A stretch of DNA of 63,944 nt, the filler included, from Choristocarpus tenellus KU-1152 (taxonomy: Eukaryota > Protista > Phaeophyceae), in NCBI GenBank assembly GCA_964200185.2. It is 16 parts of 16 records of this genome, joined end to end, with 100 filler letters (N's around TTAATTAATTAA, not from the genome) between each part and the next. Parts side by side here need not be neighbours in the genome. Positions count along the whole stretch, not along the records: positions 26,870 to 29,408 come from CAXNAD020026945.1; positions 29,509 to 32,863 come from CAXNAD020020581.1; positions 32,964 to 35,753 come from CAXNAD020024737.1; positions 35,854 to 40,527 come from CAXNAD020013518.1; 12 more parts are not named here. One strand, given 5' to 3'. The position numbers were made by a program, and so were the translations under genes. The notes beneath the pieces are model-generated. The model saw only the letters and a list, made by a program, of their open reading frames with translations. It did not search any database and was not told the DNA's origin. Shown piece by piece: positions 28,070 to 38,880 of this stretch (the first letter of the stretch is position 1; the number at the start of each line of letters is the position of its first letter).

Positions 28070-28450
28070 AGGCCTCATTTGATCCTCGTAGTTATAACCT
28101 CAACACCTTCACAGTGAAAAGTTTTGGGTGCCTCGGTAGGCAAGCGGAGATTTTTCTGGATGAGCTAGGTATGCACGCGGTAGGGGGGAGGGCGACAGGA
28201 GGCTACAGCAGAAAAGGGGCTGTCAAATCCCGTCTACGACAGATAGTCTCAGTCACAACGCAAGTAGCCCTACCTAGACGTGTCATGCGTTTTAAGCTGG
28301 AGACACCAGGGAGATTGGCAAGGAGGGGCTTACTAGATTCTTGGGATGCTTCCTTAGCTCCTCACCCCGGGATGCAGGACTAAGTTAGGTTGGAGGCACA
28401 GGAAGGCAGTGATGCAGCATGGCTAGCAGTATAATAGTAAATAGATAAAA
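28070..28450 (+). mobile_element. 3' fragment of a CRE-like (restriction-like endonuclease) non-LTR retrotransposon
   Basis: SFDPRSYNLNTFTVKSFGCLGRQAEIFLDELG...RLRQIVSVTTQVAL matches the C-terminal xxxxVE(S/T)xGxxGxxAxxFLxxL...QxxSVxxQ pattern of RLE-clade elements. It is 5'-truncated and followed by an A-rich stretch. Confidence 0.7.
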
Positions 28451-28665
28451 AGTCTTTCGCATTTATGACAACTGTTACTCTTTTAGGTGTTTTTCTGACA
28501 TGTTAATAGTGTTCATTGTTTTTTCCTCTGATACATCTGTAAAATGTCAGACGGTATAATATAATATGCTACTTTATGAATATATAGATGGCGAAGGAAC
28601 TTTAATCATCTTGTGTTCCCCTCTTGATTGAATTTGTTGTAAATGCAGGGTCATCTATGAACTTG

Positions 28666-28923
28666 GAGTGAAAGTATCTTAGAGGTTGCGAGTTTTGCCC
28701 TGTTTGTTCGTTTGGGGCTTGGGTGCCCACGTTTTTATAATGACATTTTTCTATTCCGGAATTTTTCGAAGTAGGAAAAATGTATACGTTATGAAAATGT
28801 GTGTCCGGAACAAGGATAATGACACTTCCTAACAAACACGATAGCCAAAATTTCATCAAAATCGCAACATTGGATTTTGGCCCCCAAACGGACGCAGCTC
28901 TACCCTCTAAGACACTTTAACTC
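28666..28923 (-). mobile_element. MITE family A copy
   Basis: Both TIRs recognisable, no clear TSD. Partial A copies at 16076-16119, 43746-43910 and 48252-48292 abut contig breaks. Confidence 0.88.
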
Positions 28924-29508
28924 AGAATGTACATAGATTGATTATGATAAGTTGTAGATGACACTCCAAATGTCTGATACGAGACTCGCTCATAAATCAT
29001 GTATGTATTCACCTGATGATATATACATATACATATATATAATGCGCATATGGGGGGGGCATTTAGGCCTATTGAGTAGAACAAGTTGAAAAACTATTGT
29101 CTTATAATCCCATTCCCATCCCTGGAATACAGCTAACTCCAATCAGTACACAGTGGTCGTAGAAGTGGAGACAAACGTTCATCCATGCAAGTCAAAGTCA
29201 GCCTCCAGGGTGCTAGGACCACATGTACCATGCACCAGAAGACAGTCATAGAGGCCCCTTATACTCAACCCCTATGGGATGCTCTGGACTCCCTGTTTGT
29301 TGCCTTGCTTCATCTGTGATTGTGAATATCACCACTGATAATCCACGTCAGTTTCAAGCGACAGCTTTGACCAAATCAAGAATGATAGGGGTCAAAGTAT
29401 CTGGGAGANNNNNNNNNNNNNNNNNNNNNNNNNNNNNNNNNNNNNNNNNNNNTTAATTAATTAANNNNNNNNNNNNNNNNNNNNNNNNNNNNNNNNNNNN
29501 NNNNNNNN

Positions 29509-29697
29509 TTTGTAATTACACTTACAAAAGTATTGCAATTGTACAATTGTATACTGTGAACAATAATTTCTTTTGTAATTACACTTACAAAAGTATTGCA
29601 ATTGTACAATTGTATACTGTGAACAATAATTTCTTTTGTAATTACACTTACAAAAGTATTGCAATTGTACAATTGTATACTGTGAACAATAATTTCT
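29509..29697. repeat. 63-bp tandem repeat, 3 identical units (cut by contig start)
   Basis: Units start at 29509, 29572 and 29635; each contains the palindrome CAATTGTACAATTG. Confidence 0.95.
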
Positions 29698-30068
29698 TCA
29701 CCGATTTGTCGCTGCAAAACAAAACGCCTTTTAGCAAAACAGAACAAAGAACTATACTCTTTTCCCCTTCTCCATTCGCTTTTCAAACTCGATCAACGCA
29801 AACAAAACAGTGCGCTATTGCAACTGTCGCATTCGGAAGCCAGGAAAGAAAAGCAAACAAACAAAACAAAACAAAACAGTAAAAAAAAAAGAATTAAAAA
29901 ATGAACAAAAACCCCCTATAATCCTAACCCTCAACATCAATAGCGCTTGAAAAAAAAAGAAGCACCCTTGCTGCTCTCTCTCCTCCTTGCAACTCCCAAA
30001 GTTAAAAAAATATGAACAGACGAAAAATAATAAAACAAAAAACTCTTCACAATGTTTAAAATCCCAAG

Positions 30069-30103
30069 CCCCAACCCCAACCCCAACCCTAACCCTAACC
30101 CTA
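30069..30103. repeat. Interstitial telomere-type repeat (CCCCAA/CCCTAA)n
   Basis: CCCCAA x3 followed by CCCTAA repeats. Others at about 11968-12011, 19168-19179, 30874-30897 and 32066-32086. Confidence 0.85.
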
Positions 30104-32109
30104 TAAAAGCATTACTACTAGTCTCTCACCTCCCGTTCCTCCCTGCGACTCTCAAAGTTCTTTCTCCTGGTGCTAACAATCCTCTCGAGGTTCTCCCTCC
30201 TACTTTCAACTCGGTACGGAAGCTGAACAAACGCCTCACTACTCTCCTCCATCGTTGACAGATTGGCATCTGTCCAGTTGGCAGGAGCTAGGTTATCGTT
30301 GTTGAAGTTATCGACTCCTGTGACCCCCTTGCACTCATTTGCTGCCGCCGCCTCTCCAGCAGCATCCTCCGCCGGCAGGGTTTCCTGTGACCTCAAGAGG
30401 CGTGGACGTAGAGCCAGCACCAAGGTGCCGGAGGAGATGTGCAATTCCAGTAGTGGTCGTCCTCGGTAGAGGCTCCCAGTCTGGATATAGGTTGGGACAA
30501 AAAAACATGGAGTGTGTGTATGTGTGTGTTTTTTCTATGAGCCAAACGCCTACTTAGATATGAGATCCATGTTTCTAACAATCATATCATTTCTTACACG
30601 AGCATGTTTTCAATCTCTTGTGACCAATGAGAAAGTTACACACAAGGGTTGCTACTCTCAGCAAACACTACATAGTTGGGACATGTTCACCACAATGTAC
30701 ACGCTGTTGTGTTCTACTACTACACTAAGGTTCTATTTGATCTTATCTCACTATTGCTACATAATATGTTATCCTAGAATGGATTTCGTATGTCTTACGC
30801 TGTTGTACTGTATATGTATGCACTGTATGTATGCATATACACAATCAAGTTCTCCCAAGTGTGTACAATTGCACCCTAACCCTAACCCTAACCCTAAGCC
30901 CGTGTCCCGAGGTTCAACACAAGAAAACTATAAATGAAACATTGCAAGGAAATTCACTGGCATCAAAAAATAAGGAAGAACACTCAAATAAAGAAAGAAG
31001 AAAGTATACAACCACATCTGATATCTCACTATTACTACATAAGTTGTGCCAATTTTCTATGCTCCCTTAATATATTACTTCACTGATACCACACATAAAA
31101 CACACTGCAATGTTCTCCGTTTTATGCAAGCAATAATGCAGATCGGGTTTCAGTCACTAATATTACACTTTCAATATGAAGTATGATGTCATGCGAGACC
31201 ATCAAACTAATCGTACAGTAGTAAGCCTAACATATCAAAAAATATATGTATCTATATATATATATACAATAAAACAAAATGAGCCATTTCTTGGGCGGAT
31301 CACTGACCCAGCAAATCCCAGATTTCTGGTGACACAAAAATGTCACTATTGGCAGGACCGTATTCAACAATACAAAAAGTATTGCCACTGTATAAGACAT
31401 ATTCCAAATGCTAAATTCTTTTCACTGGACCACCTGTCAACTGCACTGACTGGCGAGACTGGGCCTGGTCCAATACACAATCTCCATGGCTCTGGGCCAC
31501 ACCTGTTGAGACATAATCAACCAGAACTGTCTGTGGCCTGGTCTCTAGTGGCTCTGGACCAAGTCATACCAACAACGTACTCTGTATTCAATTTAGTGGT
31601 CCTGTCAGATTACTTCAAGCCTGGTGAAAAGCAAAAAAGTCCTACTAAAAGATAAGGTAGAGTAAATTGTAATAAAATTGAAGTACAGCCTACAATCTTA
31701 GCAACAAAAAAACATTCCTAATCTAACGAAAACATTCCTAACCTAATGACTTTTTGTTAGCAATAAGCAACTCCCAGGGCTTTTCAACAAACCAGCCCAC
31801 AAACTAGTCCAACCCTCCTAAGACATACTTCAATCGGGCTGGTCTGTGGTGTGGTCCAGTCATACTTTCTGATGGCCCTGGACTGGTCCTGTAAAAACAT
31901 AGTTCACCTGGACCAGCCCAAGGCCTGGCTGGTCTCATCACATCTACATCTTCAGTGAAAAGTCCTATCCTGCAAAACACCACCGCCAGGTTCTTACTTA
32001 ACCAAAGGGTACTGCCGACCAAAACCGGAGGCCTAATTCATTCATCAGTGCTTTCGTTGGATCAGTAACCCTAACCCTAACCCTAATACAAAAAAAGAGA
32101 AAAAAAGTG

Positions 32110-32822
32110 ATACAAAAACCTCCCGAATCATCAGGGGAGTTGCACAGACCTGGTTCGCGTGGGCATCTCCTCGAATAATCCTTCCAGGGAGGTTATCTTT
32201 CCGCAGCTCCCGAACAAGCACCGCTGACTCAAGATCGTGGAAGTCCAACACTGGATCTTCGTCTGACTCATCATCAGAGTCTGTAGTACATTCCTCTAGC
32301 TTGGCTTCACCCGGAGCCCTCACCTCCTTGGTAGTCACCCCTATGCTTGTCAGGGACGCCACCACGTGTGCTTTATCCGCCAATGCATCGCTTCCCCACT
32401 CCCTCACTGCGGCAGTTACACTCGTTTCATTTTCATCACTATAACAACCACCTCCATCAACAATTGCACCCGCTTCTACTCCCCCCAAGGTAACTTCCTC
32501 TCCTTCCACACCATCAAAACCAGAGATTGGAACCGTTCCCGGAGCGTTCTGTTCTCCAAAACCCACTCCCTCCTCCTCTGACTCTGGATCTCGCCACAAC
32601 GGCCCCAAAGACTTCGGCAACATACCCTCACCAGCTCCGCCAGCACCACCGAGGGAAAGAGGAACACCCTCCCTGTGATAATCCTCATTCTCATCTCCAC
32701 CCCAAGTCCTTCCCCCCACCCCAAGTAGGGCACCCACACGCCCATCACCAGCAGCACCAATGCCACCCTTCACTAATACTCCAGCTGCTGCTGTGGCACC
32801 CACTTCAGTATCAGTGCCGTAC

Positions 32823-32853
<31 letters not shown>

Positions 32854-32863
32854 ACTCCCGCCT
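32110..32863 (-). CDS. Large Gly/acidic exon of an unknown protein (possibly TE-borne)
   Basis: Open frame of more than 240 codons running off the contig end, low complexity, ending ...DSDDESDEDPVLDFHDLESAVLVRELRKDNLPGRIIRGD...; no domain recognised. Confidence 0.45.
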
Positions 32864-33067
32864 NNNNNNNNNNNNNNNNNNNNNNNNNNNNNNNNNNNNN
32901 NNNNNNNTTAATTAATTAANNNNNNNNNNNNNNNNNNNNNNNNNNNNNNNNNNNNNNNNNNNNCCCCCATTTAAAATCTCTCTCCATATATCACCATCAA
33001 CGTTTTTGGTGCCGTTACCCCTGCCCTTGCCATCCTTCAATGGACCATTGATCACGAACATTGCCAG

Positions 33068-35172
33068 AGACACGTTCAACAATGTTCTTCAACAAGGTGG
33101 TGATGAATGGTATGTCCAGAGTTTTGGACAGACAGAAGGGGTTATGGGTGCTCTGCAATACGGGAAAGTATTAGACAGGGGCAATGGAATATACAAAGTG
33201 CCATTTCGGCCAGGTGAGCAAGCCCTTCAACCAAACCCAGAAAAAGCACCAGGGAGGGTCGTCTGCTCTCTATTCAACATGGGTACCTACGAAATTTTTC
33301 CAACAGCCTCTGCAGATCCATCCACTACTGTGATGGAAGCAGCCTCAGTATATTGTGCACCTCAGGGTTGGATTTTTTTTTCAAGGGATTATCGCACTTG
33401 GGACGTAGTGACAGGAACTACAATAGCAGGAGTGACAGGGAAAAACATCTCCTGAAAGAAGGTGCAAATATGACAACCTGCCTCATATAAGTAGACTGCC
33501 TAAGCCATTTGTTGTGGGCACCACCCCAGCTCATGCATGACTCATGCCCCTTATTTGTGTATTCTCAATCAAATGTGGAGATTGTTAGAGACATTCTGGA
33601 GATAACGAACTCAATAATGGTATTTCCCCAATCATCTGGCAGAGGGATAAGCAAATTTAATTTATGCATGCCGGGAGACCTGCGGTAGTATTCGATCCTC
33701 GTTTCGTTTTCAACATCCTGACACCTATTGTATGCCTCTTATATTACGGAAAAATCAGGCCACCAAAATATCCTGGTCTTGGTCTAGTACAATCCACGTT
33801 TCTTTCCCATTCATAAGCCCTGGGAGGCAAGAATCACCTAGTCAGTTTGAAGCGAAGGAGAAAATATCGTAATCCCCAAAGGCATGAATCGGACTCTTGT
33901 AAGGCATTTGAGTGGCGGTGCTTGCTCCAATTTGCTCTTCTTCAGTACCCAGTCACATGTACACAGTGCCTCATGATTACAGTGGACTCCAACCATCTTT
34001 CTGCTTCACGCTGTTGATCCCTGCTTGCAGTAGTCATTTGACTGACTGTATTGGATAGCACTTGGATAGTGATCCATGAATGTTTTCTTTCCCCCTTAAG
34101 CAATGAATCCTATGTTCTGCCTGTAACACAAAGCACTCCGATCCCAATTGCGAATACCAACGGGTAGTGGAGACCTGAAAAAATCACTCCAGTGATGGTA
34201 TTGCAAACGTCCACTCCTCAACACAATCACCATAACCTGATGATGTAGATTGAAAACAAGAGCAAAGTACAGCTAATGTAATCTGCACTAAGCATATATA
34301 TATATAATATAATTATTTTGGTTTGGTTTTTGGGTCAACCAAGCATACTACTCACAGACAGCATGATTGGGAGGGGGAGGGATGGATTCAGAGTCATTGT
34401 TTAGATTCTTCTGTCTTGCTGATGGATCCTGATACTGACAATTGTGTCAGGATCGATTTCTTTGGTAGTTCTTCTGTGTCGTCAAGGTTAGCAACGGAAT
34501 ATGCAATGTACAGTTATCCGAGAATGCATCTCATCAGTCGAGTTCCAGAAGCTCAGTGGCGTTTTCATTCAATCTTGGCAATTTCATTAGTGAGGCCTGT
34601 AGTTTGTGATGATGGTATAGTAGAAGTGTAGTGTATAATAACACTGTGTAAGCAGGCACCTACTACGAATATCTTGAGTCCATTTCTTGAGGATTCAGAG
34701 GCATCCATTCATGAAATAAGGAGCTTTTTTGGCCAACAGAGGGCATGTCAACTCTATGAGACACCTAGATTGGACACTAGAGAAAAATGTGCACATAGCA
34801 TTGAGGGTGCTTACGTACCTCGAATAAGAAGCACTATTCAATGATCTCTGCCCCCAGTAAACATGTATAGAGCCTAATCATGGTCTTGATGAAGTATCTT
34901 TACAGTATAGAAAGAGGACGAGGTTTCATCTGTGCCTGTCCAGAAGACTCTTAACGGACAGAAACTGCCCCTATGCTAAACATGAAGCATAGTAACCCTT
35001 CAGTCGACTCTCCCCATTCAAAGGTGTGCCTGGCGAGTACGATGTTCACATAAAGCTCCTATCCAGGGCAGAATCTCCAGCTGGAGATGCTGGGGGGGGC
35101 TTCAGAAGTGGGGGGCTGTCAGCTCAATACTTCAGCAATACAAGACTTGAAGGGAGCCCTCTTCTCTCAAAG
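33068..35172 (+). CDS. Filamin-repeat + PA14 domain protein, internal exons 33068-33213 and 35024-35172
   Basis: The phase-1 join CCA G|GTGAGC ... AAG|GT GTG gives RDTFNNVLQQGGDEWYV...GKVLDRGNGIYKVPFRP-G-VPGEYDVHIKL (filamin/ABP280 repeat), followed by GGLSAQYFSNTRLEGSPLLSK (start of a PA14 domain). Confidence 0.85.
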
Positions 35173-36599
35173 GTGTACATCAACTATCAAAAGTATTTTT
35201 CACCTCTAAATATCAAAAATATTTTCACTCTCAGTTCAGACTTAGACGCGCAATAAGGGACTGTTGTTTGAGTTAGGGTGGGGTTCACGAACACTATTGT
35301 CCTCCTTGTGGGAGATGATTCTGTACCTAGCATCCAATATCCGTTCTAACTGTACTGTCTCTACCTTGCACTAAAGTGTGTGCAAGGTGTGCTTCATCCA
35401 AGTGCCTAATGGATATCATTTTGATTATTGAACCGCTACCCTGAACATTATGGAGGCATACCAAGATTAGTTAAAAGAAGACTAATAGGGTTGAACTGAA
35501 AGCCACCAAGTCAACAGGAGAAGTGATAGTTGATACAGCATATACTGCAACCTTGGATAATCTGTACATTGCATTGACACAGTAGGGACCTCTTTCACCC
35601 CTTGACCTCAGTATCACTTAACCACATCACTGATAGGAAAGGGAAGGGGTAGTAGCACGGATGCTGGTGGGAAGACCCAAAAGGTGGTTATACAGGGCAT
35701 GCAACCGAGGTCCCTGGCTCAAAGTATCTGGGGAGGGGGGGGGTGGCTGTCTANNNNNNNNNNNNNNNNNNNNNNNNNNNNNNNNNNNNNNNNNNNNTTA
35801 ATTAATTAANNNNNNNNNNNNNNNNNNNNNNNNNNNNNNNNNNNNNNNNNNNNCATTCAAAAAGGGGCCCTTAAAACGTGCCCCAACATTTACAAAAAAA
35901 ACATATCGGCACTTTTTCCGCACCATTTTCGGTGAAAGCAATCCTCAATAGTACGCTACATCCTCAGTTTATAATATCCCTTGTTCCATACAGTCAGTCG
36001 AGATTTCCGTACAAAACTACCTTTTATGTGACCTTAAACAAATATTTTGGCCATTTTTCTCCACCAACATAAGCGAATTACTTTTAAAAGATAAAAACAA
36101 CAGAAGTAAGAGTAGTTTATGGGAAAAACGTGTAGGGGGTGACTAGATGTATCTCTCTCTATCAAATAAATTGTGCGTAAGAATAATCAACAAAATTCAG
36201 GTAGGTGTTCTCTGTGCACCTTTGTGGGTTTGCCTGTGCCCTCAAGTGGAAAACTCCGGAAACGTGGGTGCTCTCCGAAAATGAACGTACTAAGTCTGCA
36301 GCCAATCGGTCACAGTCTGCAATGAGCGACTCCAATTAAGGGTCACTCCCCTCTCCACTCTGGATGTATGATTAATGTATGTATATATATTAATTGGCTG
36401 TGAGGTTGAAATATAGAGCTCTATGTATTTCGAAGGACACATACTACTGTACTTGTTCTCAATTTCTGTGGTGATATTAACAGCTTGCTGCCCTCACTTA
36501 ACTCAGATCTGACTGATCAAGATATATATTCTCATCCATGGTGGGTTTCAGCTTCTTGTGACTAATCTCAAACCAGTTTACTCTATGTGAAGCCCTTTT

Positions 36600-38880
36600 C
36601 ATTGTGCTTTTGTCTATAAAGCAGTATTATTCCAAGCTTCTTCCAGGCGACCATCTAGTGGTTTCGTCGCATATTGAGCTAGCCAGAAGGGATGATAGCA
36701 CAAGACCACAAGGGCCTTCTTAGTTGACACATTGCCAATATCTTCACCACACATCCTCACCATTGCATCATAGTTTCAGGAGGAGTATCTATAAAACCTG
36801 GTGATAAAAGCCTGCAAAACTTCCACAGACAACCTCACACAACTCACCCACCCTTTCCAATACGTTGTTGCTCCATTTGTTGACAAATCAGCTGTCATTG
36901 GCCATAGATACAACCATCAACTGTACCGTTTCATGGATGCAGTCTTTGAGGTTCAAATACTCTTCACTAGATACTACTCCTTTGAACTCCTTGGCGACTA
37001 AAGAATGACCTTTGATTATCAAGCTCACATCTTCAAAATATGGTGGAACTGAAAAAGCTTCATCTTTTGCAGGGGACACAGTACCATTGCTAGAGGTTAT
37101 TTTCTACTGCATTTGCTTTATTCCATGCCATTGCCTGCACCTTGGAATGTCAGATACGGAGGAGAGGGTCAATATGTAAATCAACTCGTAGCAGTGTAAA
37201 CCAGAACTGAACCTTGATCTTGTTGAAAAGGAAGAAAATTAAGCAAGCTTTGGAGTGTATTTTGGCAACAAAATCCAACCCAGATTCGACACTATCTCAA
37301 TTGACTTCCGTTACTGTAAATTGCTAACTGCAGATCTTTCCAACGACACAATGATACAAGTGTACTGCACGACTCAAATGCTTTGTAGCTAGTTTCGTCT
37401 CTTCTGTACAACACAACCCTACAACTGAATAATATGACACAAAATCTGCATAAGAGTTCAATGTTATTAGACCACATCAAAACTAAGCTATCACATGAAC
37501 CTATGCATGCTTTTTAAAGTGCTGATTTGCAGGCAGGGACCTCACACAATCATAGTTTATGGGAGGTATCACCAAGAACAGCTGGGCATACTCTGGTTGA
37601 CTTCACGATGGCAAGGAAAGCATGTACACCTTGCAACATTGTACCCGCATAAACACACACATATATTTTTGCTTGAAGCGACAATGCACCATCCAGTTGG
37701 AACAATCCACTTCCAAGAACAAAAGCACTGGTTCCGCTGCAATAGCCTGAAGTAGTAGCACAATCCCATCAATTATGTTCTTTGCTATATCCCAAGGAAG
37801 GTTCAGATCAGGATAGGTCTGCTCAAAATGTGCCCATCACGGGTATGATCTTCGGCACCACTGCGCCAGCATGGGACAGCCATCACTATGAACGTGCCAT
37901 CATAATCACCATATCTGAAAAGCTCTTCATCCAACAAGGGATCTGCAGGCATGCCAGAGGGAGGGGAGCTCTGCTCTAGCAACACCTCTCTCCTTTACTG
38001 ATCACTGCAAAGCAACTATTTACACCTCTTGCCATTGTCTTTTTTCTATTCATTCAGTAACAAAAAAAAAACTCATGCGAAGCACCATGTTGTATGTAGA
38101 CATCACAGAGTGCATCTTATACAGGTGTATTTCTTCCCACACAACTGTATAACCGAGAAGAGCTTCAGGGCTTCTCATCCCCCAATGCAAGGACCTATGA
38201 ACAGTCCCTCTGCCGTCACTGCAAACATGTTCCTCAACTCTTTTCCCTACTCCCCTGCAAGAAAACGGGGATGGGGGGCGGATGATATCATAGTCCTTGT
38301 GGCTTATGTGGTTGACCTGCCAGCCATGAGAAACCTGCTTTCCCCAGTGACTTCATACCGAATACTACAAAGGTAGAGCACCTCAAGTCTCCCCAGCACA
38401 GTAGCCAAATTTCAAAGGCTCAGATGTGCCATTTTTGACATGCTGGCCCATGCCTTTCCCATCGGCCGCACTCCATTCCACGGAACATTCCAAATACACA
38501 AATAATACATCACAGCATTAACTGCTAAGCCTCTGTTCCTTACCTCACTGCCCACTTCATTCATCAACCAAAAGCACCCCCAAAGCCATACTCAAAGCTG
38601 TCATCAAAATCGGCGGATTGTCCTCCCCCCAAGCCATCTTCCTCCTCATTTCCATATCTTCTGAACCAATACGCATCACTGATTTCATCCTCATAGTCTT
38701 CCTCCTCCCCCGCTCCCCGTGCTCCCCCCTCCCCCCGGTGGGTATTTGCCTGCCCCACTCCAGTTGTGTACATCCTACCGTCCTCATCCCCACCTGCATG
38801 CATGAATTCAGTCTCCCATTGACGACGGCGACGGGAAGGAGGGGGGGTGTCGCCTTCCTTGCGCAGGCGGCATGATCGTC
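36600..38880 (-). pseudogene. Decayed Cys-cluster protein gene, possibly a KDZ/CxC-type transposon
   Basis: Acidic N-terminal frame (38564-38803) followed by broken Cys-rich segments (KYTCIRCTL*CLHTTWC; CVCLCG...CTCFPC...CSW). The family assignment is tentative. Confidence 0.3.

Noticed and set aside
29509-29697. CRISPR-like array
   Set aside because: Units are contiguous and identical, with no unique spacers and no cas genes; the context is eukaryotic.
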